Shown piece after piece: positions 17,192 through 29,332 of a stretch of 34,669 nt of DNA. This DNA comes from a virus. The position numbers and the translations under genes are program-made. How positions within the stretch are numbered: position 1 is the first letter of the stretch; each line of letters starts with the position of its first letter. The stretch is from the UHGV virus genome UHGV-0090561, one strand, 5' to 3'. A model generated the notes under the pieces. That model saw only the letters and a list, made by a program, of their open reading frames with translations, searched no databases and was not told where the DNA came from.

Positions 17192-18427
17192 CTAACCAGC
17201 CTTTTGTTTGAGGATTGTCACTTTTGAATCAGCAGCTGCGATGCTATTGAGATATGTAGTCCAGAGTTCCAGAGCATCCAGTTTTTTAGCCATAAACTTA
17301 CTCCGGTTGTAAACACCTGCCACGCCAGGTAGCGCATGGCCTAACAGTTGTTCTACTACATAAAATTCAACACCGAGATCACTTAGATGAGTAGATAGCG
17401 TTCTTCTAAGGTCGTGTAGTGACCATTGTTTTTCATGGCCCAAACGTTTACCGATTTTCCCCCCAATCTTGCTTACGCTTTCTCTAATTCGCAGACTTCC
17501 CAGCACATAACCAGTATGTTTTGTCTCTTCGTGAACATCCGTTACCCACTGTCGTAGAATTTCAGGTACTGGTCTGACGATTTCAACACCAGTTTTTGAG
17601 TGATCTTTTGGCACAGTCCAAACCCAACTTTCGAGATCCCATTCGCTCCATTCTGATAATCGGGCTTCACTCATTCGACATCCAAATACTGTACAAAGCA
17701 CAAACATTTTTCGCGTGTATTCAGACATTAGTTTTAAATCAGGCTCGACAAAAATTGCCTTCCAGAGCTGGCCCAGTTCGGCTTCATCCAGAACCCGATC
17801 CCGCTTACCTGCAATCTGCCCCACATCACTCATGCGCAAATCCTTTAAAGCATCACACGTCGCGTACTGGCGTACCCGACAAAAACGAAGAGCTAATTTA
17901 GTGTCAGAAAAAACATACGCCGCCATAACTGGTGCATTACGTTTAATTCGGTCAAAACAGTCCAGCCATTCATATAGGTGAGTGTCATTTACGGGCAAAT
18001 GACCGATATAGGGAAAGATATGCTTTCGAAATCTGCCAAGCGTTACAGCATGAGTTTTACGACGCACCTTACAGTAATTTTCATACCAGTAATTTAGTGC
18101 ATCCTCCACTGTGACCGGCTTTAAGCGTTCTTCAGCCTGAATCTTAATCTGGATACGCGGATCACGTTTGTCAGCCAACCAAGCACGGCACTCGTCGCGC
18201 TTTTCCCTTGCCTGTTTGAGTGACATATCAGGATATTTACCCAACGTTAGCCAGACCGGAGCAGCCCGGCCACCTGCTAACCTGTAGAAGAAAACAAAGC
18301 TCACAGCCCCCTTGGTACTCACACGAATAGAAAGCCCCTTTCCATCAGCAATGGTGATCTGCTTTTCTCTGGGTTTCCCCAGATATCCTTTAAGTGCTTT
18401 GTCGCTCAGTTTGTTCTCGCCAGCCAT
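17192..18427 (-). CDS. int: Tyrosine recombinase (phage integrase family)
   Basis: About 411 aa from the internal ATG (MAGENKLSDK...); C-terminal catalytic region with HDLRRT...LLGH...Y-type motifs; adjacent to the right junction and direct repeat. Confidence 0.88.
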   Translation of the reverse strand: MAGENKLSDKALKGYLGKPREKQITIADGKGLSIRVSTKGAVSFVFFYRLAGGRAAPVWLTLGKYPDMSLKQAREKRDECRAWLADKRDPRIQIKIQAEERLKPVTVEDALNYWYENYCKVRRKTHAVTLGRFRKHIFPYIGHLPVNDTHLYEWLDCFDRIKRNAPVMAAYVFSDTKLALRFCRVRQYATCDALKDLRMSDVGQIAGKRDRVLDEAELGQLWKAIFVEPDLKLMSEYTRKMFVLCTVFGCRMSEARLSEWSEWDLESWVWTVPKDHSKTGVEIVRPVPEILRQWVTDVHEETKHTGYVLGSLRIRESVSKIGGKIGKRLGHEKQWSLHDLRRTLSTHLSDLGVEFYVVEQLLGHALPGVAGVYNRSKFMAKKLDALELWTTYLNSIAAADSKVTILKQKAG

Positions 18428-18589
18428 TTTTAGCCCCAAAAAGCAATACAAGCTGCAATACAGAGATGATTGCAACACACAGATAACGAGGAAAATCCAG
18501 TGAAAGCGCCAGATAAACTTATTCTTTATTATCAAAAGATTAAGTGTAAAAACCAGCAACTACACGAAAGCCTCAGAAAGCCATGCTAA

Positions 18590-18835
18590 GTGCTTGGGCT
18601 TGACATATCCCGGTGTAAATTCAGAGGTGGAGCCGCCACGGGAGCGGATAACCTCACCGGAAACAATCGGCGAAACGTACAGCGCCATGTTTACCAGTCC
18701 CGGAATTTGTGAGAGATAGACTTTCTCCGTGGTGAAGGGATAGCTCTCACGGAAAAAGAGACGCAGAAACAGCGGATCAAACTTAAATTTCTTCTCATTT
18801 GCCGCCAGCAGCTGGGCGGTTGTGTACATCGACAT
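18590..18835 (-). pseudogene. E: Major capsid protein E, 5' fragment (first ~81 codons), reading into the insertion
   Basis: MSMYTTAQLLAANEKKFKFDPLFLRLFFRESYPFTTEKVYLSQIPGLVNMALYVSPIVSGEVIRSRGGSTSEFTPGYVKPKH matches the lambda gpE N-terminus, then diverges (LAWLSEAFV, stop) at the junction. Confidence 0.93.
18591..18600. repeat. Right copy of 10-bp direct repeat TGCTTGGGCT
   Basis: Identical to 7393-7402; lies at the codons KPKH of E. Confidence 0.8.
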
Positions 18836-18890
18836 AAAAAAATCCCGTAAAAAAAGCCGCACAGGCGGCCTTTAGTGATGAAGGGTAAGG

Positions 18891-19223
18891 TTAAACGATG
18901 CTGATTGCCGTTCCGGCAAACGCGGTCCGTTTTTTCGTCTCGTCGCTGGCAGCCTCCGGCCAGAGCACATCCTCATAACGGAACGTGCCGGACTTGTAGA
19001 ACGTCAGCGTGGTGCTGGTCTGGTCAGCATCAACCGCAAGAATGCCAATGGCAGCACCGTCGGTGGTGCCATCCCACGCAACCAGCTTACGGGTGGAGGT
19101 ATCCAGCATCAGCGGGGTCATTGCAGGCGCTTTCGCACTCAATCCGCCGGGCGCGGTTGCCGTATGTGCCGGGTCACTGTTGCCCAGCGGCTGGTAATGG
19201 GTAAAGGTTTCTTTGCTCGTCAT
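18891..19223 (-). CDS. D: Head decoration protein D
   Basis: From the ATG after a TAAGGGA Shine-Dalgarno: [41 protein letters not shown]... matches lambda gpD. Confidence 0.95.
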   Translation of the reverse strand: MTSKETFTHYQPLGNSDPAHTATAPGGLSAKAPAMTPLMLDTSTRKLVAWDGTTDGAAIGILAVDADQTSTTLTFYKSGTFRYEDVLWPEAASDETKKRTAFAGTAISIV

Positions 19224-19232
19224 AAACATCCC

Positions 19233-19838
19233 TTACACTGGTGTGTTCAACAAATCGTTAACGGCATCAGATGCCGGGTTACCTGCAGCCAGCGGTGCCG
19301 GTGCCCCCTGCATCAAACGATCCAGCGCAGTGTCACTGCGCGCCTGTGCACTCTGTGGTGCAGCTGCCAAAATGCGGCGGGCCGTTTCCACGGTCATACC
19401 GGGGGTTTCGGCCAGCACGCGTGCCTGTTCTTCGCGTCCGTGAGCCTCCTCACAGTTGAGGATCCCCATAATGCGACTGTTTTCTGCCGCAACCGCTGCG
19501 GTGATCTGCGCGTTCACGTCCGGCTGCGCAGCGCTGGCGTTCTCGCCCTCCGTCGCTTGCACCACGCCAGTAACGTCAGCCTGCGAAGCAGTGGCTGAAA
19601 CAGTTGTTGATTGAGTCTCTTTGGTCATTCGCCCTCCTGAGAGACGGGATTTACGTGCATCCAGTGCATCACGCATAACGGTGATCGCATCGGTGCTGTT
19701 AACAAGTTCATCAGCCAGTCCGGCATCAATGGCCTCCTGACCGCTGTACACTGCAGCCTCGGTATCCAGCACAGCCTGCACGGACAGGCCGGTATATGCC
19801 GACACTTTCTGCGCAAACATCTGGCGGGTTGCATCCAT
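19233..19838 (-). CDS. Nu3: Scaffolding protein Nu3 (in-frame internal start within C)
   Basis: Internal ATG (MDATRQMFAQKVSAYTG...) gives the C-terminal 201 codons of C, the lambda Nu3 arrangement. Confidence 0.8.
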   Translation of the reverse strand: MDATRQMFAQKVSAYTGLSVQAVLDTEAAVYSGQEAIDAGLADELVNSTDAITVMRDALDARKSRLSGGRMTKETQSTTVSATASQADVTGVVQATEGENASAAQPDVNAQITAAVAAENSRIMGILNCEEAHGREEQARVLAETPGMTVETARRILAAAPQSAQARSDTALDRLMQGAPAPLAAGNPASDAVNDLLNTPV

Positions 19839-20532
19839 CCGGGACTGCAGTGTTTCCCGGACGTCATCCGGAAGATGGCTGTAGGGGTTGCCATCCACCT
19901 TATGGCTGCCGCTGTAAATCAGCGTGATTTCCACACCCTGTTTCTCCAGCGCAGCACCGTAATTACTGTGAGCCATCATGACGCCGATGGAGCCTGTCCG
20001 GGCGGTCTGCGTGACCAGACGTCGGGAGGCGGCGCTGGCAAGCAGTTGACCTGCACTGCAGTTCATGTCGTTGGCCAGCGCCCATACCGGCTTTATGTCA
20101 CGCACACGGGCGATGATGTCAGCGCAGTCAAATGCTCCCGCCACCATTCCGCCTGGCGTGTCCATATCGAGCAGAATGCCGTCCACCATCGGGTCGCTGG
20201 CAGCCTGTTGCAGACGGGCGATAATGCCGTTGTAACCGGTCATCCCCGAGTACGGCTGCAGCGCCCGCGTCCGGCTGACCAGCGTGCCGGACACCGGCAG
20301 CACGGCGATGCCGTTCATGACCTGATAACTGCGGGCCTGTCGTGGTCCGTCATCATCACCGGATAATGCCAGCGTCGCGAGTGCCTCCTGGGCAGTCAGG
20401 CTGTCGCCGGACACCGCATCCGTCAGGCGGCTGATCCCAAGCTGGCCTGCAAGCGCACAAAAGAAAACCCGCGCATAGGCGGGTTCAAGCATCAGCGGCT
20501 CATTAAAGGCCATGCTGGCAATATGCGGGAGA

Positions 20533-20552
<20 letters not shown>
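19233..20552 (-). CDS. C: Head maturation protease / scaffold C
   Basis: From a GTG start with AGGAGGA Shine-Dalgarno: (V)TAELRNLPHIASMAFNEPLMLEPAYARVFF... matches lambda gpC. Confidence 0.92.
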
Positions 20553-24233
<3,681 letters not shown>

Positions 24234-24259
<26 letters not shown>

Positions 24260-24779
24260 TCAGCAACCCCGGTATCAGTTCATCCAGCGCGGCTGCTTTG
24301 TTCATGGCTTTGATGATATCCCGTTTCAGGAAATCAACATGTCGGTTTTCCAGTTCCGGAAAACGCCGCTGCACCGACAGGGGGATCCCGTCGAGAATAC
24401 TGGCAATTTCACCTGCGATCCGCGACAGCACGAAAGTACAGAATGCGGTTTCCACCACTTCAGCGGAGTCTCTGGCATTCTTCAGCTCCTGTGCGTCGGC
24501 CTGCGCACGCGTAAGTCGATGGCGTTCGTACTCAATAGTCCCTGGCTGCAGATCTGTCTCGCTGGCCTGCCGCAGTTCTTCAACCTCCCGGCGCAGCTTT
24601 TCGTTCTCAATTTCAGCATCCCTTTCGGCATACCATTTTATGACGGTGGCAGAGTCATAAAGCACCTCATTACCCTTCCCACCGCCTCGCAGAACGGGCA
24701 TTCCCTGCTCCTGCCAGTTCTGAATGGTACGGATACTCGCACCGAAAATGTCAGCCAGCTGCTTTTTGTTGACTTCCAT
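24234..24779 (-). CDS. Nu1: Terminase small subunit Nu1
   Basis: 181-aa ORF MEVNKKQLADIFGASIRTIQNWQEQGMPVLRGGGKGNEVLYDSA... matches lambda gpNu1; adjacent to cos. Confidence 0.96.
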
Positions 24780-24797
24780 TGTTCATTCCACGGACAA

Positions 24798-25000
24798 AAA
24801 CAGAGAAAGGAAACGACAGAGGCCAAAAAGCCCGTTTTCAGCACCTGTCGTTTCCTTTCTTTTCAGAGGGTGTTTTAAATAAAAACATTAAGTTACGGCG
24901 AAGAAGAACGGAAACGCCTTAAACCGGAAAATTTTCATAAATAGCGAAAACCCGCGCGCCTTCCGCCCCGTAACGTTCTGGATCGCCGGAAAGGACCCGA
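24798..25000. other. Prophage cos region (cosB R-site-like repeats and cosN-like segment)
   Basis: Reverse complement resembles the lambda left-end region (AAACGACAGGTG.../CGTTTCCTTTCT... R sites, IHF-like AT-rich stretch), but the cosN-equivalent differs from lambda GGGCGGCGACCT; duplicated at 8441-8647. Confidence 0.75.
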
Positions 25001-25148
25001 AAATGATAATACATATCAATTACACTTAAAGGGGGGGGGGTTAATTTGTTCACATCAACACTCCGGACCCCAATGGCCTTCTACTCTGGTTTTGCCATAA
25101 AATAGTCCTGATACATATTCATATCAGTTAGTCATATACGGAAAAAAT

Positions 25149-25475
25149 ATGGGCATTACTATTTTCAGCAGTGAAATACAGGATGTTGATAGCGAAGCGA
25201 TGTACAAGAGTTGGCTAGCGACCCATTCCGATGGATTCGTTATTAATCTGCTTAAGTCGGCCAGCGGGAAAGGCAGAAAAAATGATGCCAGATTTACGCG
25301 GATTCATCGAGCCTCATGCAAATCAATCAACCCGTTAATCAGCCCAAAAAATCACGCCGGCTTTACTACTGGCCGATACCAAAAAGTATGTGTTCTTACG
25401 CTTGACGAGGCCGAGTCCACCGCAGGCCAACTAACAGGACTGCCAACCATCCAGAGATGTCATTGGTGTATATAA
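25149..25475 (+). CDS. Hypothetical protein (accessory gene between cos and lysis cassette, opposite strand)
   Basis: 108-aa ORF in an AT-rich stretch, followed by a terminator hairpin; no recognised family. Confidence 0.45.
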   Translation: MGITIFSSEIQDVDSEAMYKSWLATHSDGFVINLLKSASGKGRKNDARFTRIHRASCKSINPLISPKNHAGFTTGRYQKVCVLTLDEAESTAGQLTGLPTIQRCHWCI

Positions 25476-25516
25476 GATACTGCAGTTACGATGGGCCTGC
25501 CCATGATGACGGAATA

Positions 25517-25540
25517 ATAAACCGCCAAAAAGGCGGTTAT
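25517..25540. terminator. Bidirectional intrinsic terminator hairpin
   Basis: AACCGCC-aaaaa-GGCGGTT hairpin flanked by A/T runs, between the convergent 108-aa and 95-aa ORFs; position hand-counted. Confidence 0.6.
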
Positions 25541-25827
25541 TAAATTTGACCTCTTGACTTTTCTATTTCATAAAGACCCACTCCATCTCCTGCATCAAGC
25601 AATGCATAATATTCAGGGTCTTTAATTCGATCTATCTGATTTGAAATTTCAAGTAACTCGTCCTTTAAAGAATCTACTTCAGAGGCTAATCTTTCATTTT
25701 CATCCCTCAGCTCCCTAACTTCTTGCTGTAAAGACAGTAAGCTCTTCCCGGTTGCTGGAAATCGGTTTATCTCATGCCAGATTGCAACTATTAAAGCTAA
25801 TAGCGCAACGGTTAAAGATGTCATCAT
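25540..25827 (-). CDS. Hypothetical membrane-anchored coiled-coil protein
   Basis: 95-aa ORF with N-terminal hydrophobic helix (LTVALLALIVAIW) then a heptad-like charged region. Confidence 0.5.
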   Translation of the reverse strand: MMTSLTVALLALIVAIWHEINRFPATGKSLLSLQQEVRELRDENERLASEVDSLKDELLEISNQIDRIKDPEYYALLDAGDGVGLYEIEKSRGQI

Positions 25828-25934
25828 TGGTCTCCCTTTACTTTACGGGATATAGCACCATCACAGACACTCTACGAGATCCTGTGATGGTGAGATTAGA
25901 ATGGAGGCTGTCTATGGTGATGCACCTGTGGATG

Positions 25935-26474
25935 TTATGATTTTTCGATCATTTTTATTACATTTTTGGCTGGCTTAATTTTCATCGTATCGCCGGTAGC
26001 AAGGTGCACAAGCAACATTAATTTGCGAACGTTGCCGCCCTGTTTCCATATCTTATTTTTCATATCTCTGGCCCAGTCGCCATTAGTATCATTTTGAATA
26101 AAGAAAAATGCATATTCGCCATGCTCAATTTTTTTTGGTAAATCGTCACCAAACCCACCCCCCAGAATCTGAAGTAGTGAGTTTTTTGTACCGAACGTCC
26201 ATGTTACTGAAGTTATAGTTGCGGTTTGAATGCCAACATTTGCAATGTTGATCGTAACTCCAAACGTGCTCACATTTTGGCCTGTGATGCCCCCAAGCGA
26301 TACTGTTCCTCTTAACTTCGGTCGAGGTCGACGGTTAGAAATATATAAAGTCAGGCATACTGCCATAAAGGTTGCAATGCCTGAAAACCACGTTCCTACC
26401 ATTGACCAAAAAGCCCATTCTGCTGTATTTCTAGTGGCAACCAATGATTCGTAAGCTATATAATCTGCGTTCAT
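25935..26474 (-). CDS. Hypothetical membrane protein (accessory gene)
   Basis: About 179 aa from the ATG with GAGGTG Shine-Dalgarno; predicted TM helix (WAFWSMVGTWFSGIATFMAVCLTLYI); AT-rich; upstream extension in the ORF track not supported. Confidence 0.55.
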   Translation of the reverse strand: MNADYIAYESLVATRNTAEWAFWSMVGTWFSGIATFMAVCLTLYISNRRPRPKLRGTVSLGGITGQNVSTFGVTINIANVGIQTATITSVTWTFGTKNSLLQILGGGFGDDLPKKIEHGEYAFFFIQNDTNGDWARDMKNKIWKQGGNVRKLMLLVHLATGDTMKIKPAKNVIKMIEKS

Positions 26475-26792
26475 CTTCACCTCATTTATCGATGAAGTGA
26501 TTGTAACTAAAAGCATTATCGCAAGCACTAAGTGAATGCCAACCACACTCTCGCAGTAGCTGCGCTCATTCCCTTGAGGCCATGTGTCAGGGGTATCTCG
26601 TGAATCCCTCACCACTAACCGGAAGCTGACTGGCGACCAGCCTGGAGTACCGGTGCGCTTCTTCCCGTTACCCCTCACCAGTACGCCCTCAGCTTTTTAC
26701 CTGAGACTGGCTACCCGCAACTTTGGGTATTCGGGGCAGCATCATGACTGCTGCATTGGCGCCACTTGCCACGGTCCGTCTGCTTTACTGCT

Positions 26793-27050
26793 TCATAGCT
26801 TGATCCTCTCTGCTTCAATTTTTCGAATATCAGCTTTATCTCGGTTACAGGTCGCCAGCGCGGAAAGCAGACTGACATTCAAATCCAGACTGCCCCCATA
26901 GGTCAGCGGATCAGGAATAACTGGTTGTGGGGTCTCAGTGGTCAGATTCGCCGGTAGCGGTACCGCTGGAACTGGTACGTAAACTGTCCGCGTACCGGCG
27001 CAGCCATTCAGCTGCACGAGCAGGAACAGGACGGGCAGCGCAATCATCAT
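26793..27050 (-). CDS. Rz1: Putative o-spanin (Rz1-like lipoprotein), overlapping the 3' end of Rz
   Basis: Starts in the +1 frame inside Rz; signal-like MMIALPVLFLLVQLNGC with a lipobox-like cysteine, then a proline-rich segment; extends past the Rz stop. Confidence 0.45.
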   Translation of the reverse strand: MMIALPVLFLLVQLNGCAGTRTVYVPVPAVPLPANLTTETPQPVIPDPLTYGGSLDLNVSLLSALATCNRDKADIRKIEAERIKL

Positions 27051-27327
27051 TCGCAACAGCCGTTTTGATATCTGTCTGGGTTCTCTGTGACTCCAGTGCA
27101 ATCTGCTGTTTTGCATGCTGGCTAGCCTCCAGAACTGTATTGACGATTTGCAGTGATTGCAGGACGTTATTGGTAATGACAGTTGCCGATTTGGCATTTT
27201 GTACAGCCTCATCAGCACGTTTCTTTTCGTGCTGATATTTGCTGTAGTAGTGGTTGGCAGACCAGATGAAAGAACCGATGACAGTAACGAGGAAAGCAGC
27301 GATAACCAGCTTATAGCTCAACTTCAT
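26935..27327 (-). CDS. Rz: i-spanin (Rz-like)
   Basis: 130-aa ORF with N-terminal TM helix and periplasmic coiled coil, immediately downstream of and overlapping the endolysin gene. Confidence 0.7.
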   Translation of the reverse strand: MKLSYKLVIAAFLVTVIGSFIWSANHYYSKYQHEKKRADEAVQNAKSATVITNNVLQSLQIVNTVLEASQHAKQQIALESQRTQTDIKTAVANDDCAARPVPARAAEWLRRYADSLRTSSSGTATGESDH

Positions 27328-27787
27328 TTACCACCCCACCAGCCTCTTTAAATCGGGAAATCAGGTCACCGATTTTATGTTCATACTGACCGTAACCTGC
27401 TCCGGGTAACGAAGCCCAGATATTGCTGCAACAGTCGATTGCCTGACGGATGTCACCGCGATCAATCATTAGTAAAGCACCACGCTCCTTAATCTGCTGC
27501 AATGCAACAGCATCCTGGCTTTTAGGAGAGAAGTCTGTCAGCCCTAACTGCTTGCGGTAAGCATCCCACCAGCGTGAAAGAAGTTGATAACGGCCTGCGG
27601 CTGTTGATTTGAGTTTCGGGTTTAGCGTGACAAGTTTTCGAGGGTGATCGGAGTAATCAGTGAAGAGTTCGCCACCGACAATAACGTCATAACCGCGGTT
27701 ACGTGTCGGTTGTCGCCCGTTATCCGTTCCTTCTGACCACGCCAACATATCGAGGAAAGCTTTACGCTGAGGATTAAGATTTTGCAT
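27311..27787 (-). CDS. R: Endolysin (lambda R-type lytic transglycosylase)
   Basis: 158-aa ORF ...NPQRKAFLDMLAWSEGTDNGRQPTRNRGYDVIVGGELFTDYSDHPRKLV... closely matches recalled lambda R. Confidence 0.93.
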   Translation of the reverse strand: MQNLNPQRKAFLDMLAWSEGTDNGRQPTRNRGYDVIVGGELFTDYSDHPRKLVTLNPKLKSTAAGRYQLLSRWWDAYRKQLGLTDFSPKSQDAVALQQIKERGALLMIDRGDIRQAIDCCSNIWASLPGAGYGQYEHKIGDLISRFKEAGGVVNEVEL

Positions 27788-28091
27788 TTTTCACCCCTGT
27801 CAGTCGTTCCCAGAAGTACGTCAGTGCAACCGAGCCCATCGCACCACTAATCCCCGCTGTCGCGAGAATCATGTAAATACTGAATCCACTTTCGATACTG
27901 ATCAGGCCACCAATAACACCGGTGAATCCCGATACCACTATCTGAGCCAGAGCATTTATCCAGCTCCACGTTGCTTTACTTTGCTTCACATCTATCAGAT
28001 AGCGGACCAGACCGCCCCAACCTGCGATGATCAGCAAAACGAGCCAGAACGCTCCGGCAAGGCTCTCTTTTTCGTGCATATGAATAGCCAA
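27774..28091 (-). CDS. S: Holin (three predicted TM helices; not lambda S-like in sequence)
   Basis: 105-aa ORF directly upstream of and overlapping R; three hydrophobic segments; possible dual-start MAIHM. Confidence 0.75.
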   Translation of the reverse strand: MAIHMHEKESLAGAFWLVLLIIAGWGGLVRYLIDVKQSKATWSWINALAQIVVSGFTGVIGGLISIESGFSIYMILATAGISGAMGSVALTYFWERLTGVKNAKS

Positions 28092-28307
28092 TGTTTCGCC
28101 GCCGACGAAAGGCCGGGACGCTAATGATTAAAAACTTACATGGGAAATATTGTTATAAACAGTCAACTCAAAATAACTAAAAAATCTTATAACTAAGCGA
28201 ATGGCCTTCAAAAGCCGATCCATGCAACTTGCATAAAACGATCTTTATCAATGAGTTACATGTGTGGTTAAATACCATGCTTTAAGGACTAAGAGCATTA
28301 CCAGCAG

Positions 28308-29111
28308 ATGACAGAAAAAGATAACATTGGTAAGTTAATTTGGCATATTGCTTGCGATGAATCTGGCATTGATGGGCAACGTTTCTACGGCTTTGGCAGT
28401 CTGTGGATGAAGTACCAACGCCGTGGGGATTTCTGTCAACTAATCAGAGAACTACGCAGCAAACATGGTTTTTTTGAAGAAATAAAATGGCAAAAAGCCC
28501 ATTCAAAAAGATACTCTGAATTTTATCTTGAGCTGATCGACTTATTCTTTAGAGTTCCTTGGCTAGCTTTTCATTGTATCGTGGTTGAAAAATCAATAGT
28601 AAACAAGGCATTTCATAATGGGGATTATGACCTGGCAAGGAGAAAGCACTTCACAAATCTCATTACCACAAAAATTAGCTCTGTAATTTCTGCACACCCT
28701 GAAAGAGACAGTTACTTCAGGATTGAAGTTGATCCTATCGCATCTCGTTATAAAAAGGCCGATGAAGAACTAAATGTTATTGCCAATAACATATTGAATA
28801 GAAAATTTGGTCGTAAAGGGATAATCAGCAGTGTAGTGACAAAAGACTCTAAAGCATCTGAAAACATTCAGCTAGCCGATTTTTTCTTAGGTGCGGTTAT
28901 GTGCGCATATCAAGGAAAAGCTTCATCTGAAGCCAAAATAAGAGTATCAAACTATGTTGCTTCATATTTAGGCTGGGATCATTTGCAATATGATACATGG
29001 CACACTGAGAGAAAATTTAATATCTGGTATTTTTATGATAAAACTCGAGGGCCACGAGATATAGAAACTCAAAATGTTAGCTTAAAGTATCCACTTCCCC
29101 AAAAGAAATAG
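28308..29111 (+). CDS. DUF3800-like protein (accessory gene between Q and S, antisense to late transcription)
   Basis: 267-aa ORF in a markedly AT-rich island; N-terminal HIACDESG and C-terminal IQLADFFLGAV resemble the DUF3800 motifs as I recall them (not HMM-verified). Confidence 0.55.
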   Translation: MTEKDNIGKLIWHIACDESGIDGQRFYGFGSLWMKYQRRGDFCQLIRELRSKHGFFEEIKWQKAHSKRYSEFYLELIDLFFRVPWLAFHCIVVEKSIVNKAFHNGDYDLARRKHFTNLITTKISSVISAHPERDSYFRIEVDPIASRYKKADEELNVIANNILNRKFGRKGIISSVVTKDSKASENIQLADFFLGAVMCAYQGKASSEAKIRVSNYVASYLGWDHLQYDTWHTERKFNIWYFYDKTRGPRDIETQNVSLKYPLPQKK

Positions 29112-29332
29112 ACGTCGACCTCTCAGCCGACACGGTTGGAGTCCCAGACCAATTATCGAGTCGAAGTTACCAACTTGGCGGTTATCTTTTGGGAGCCGCC
29201 CCTTCATTCCCAAAACCTTTATTGCAGAAAAATCTATATCCTGGAAATTGGATAGTCAACCCTTACGACACCTACGAACAGTTGCACATACAACATTGGC
29301 AAAATATCAGATTTACACGGAATATATGCCTT

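Larger units (their letters stand above)
7403..18590 (-). mobile_element. Integrated phage satellite-like element (PICI/P4-like), ~11.2 kb, inserted within prophage gene E
   Basis: Bounded by the 10-bp direct repeats; contains int, alpA, primase-helicase, iterons, ssb, a cos site and head-protein homologues; joining the flanks with one repeat copy restores an in-frame E (…TPGYVKPKHEVNPQ…). Confidence 0.85.
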
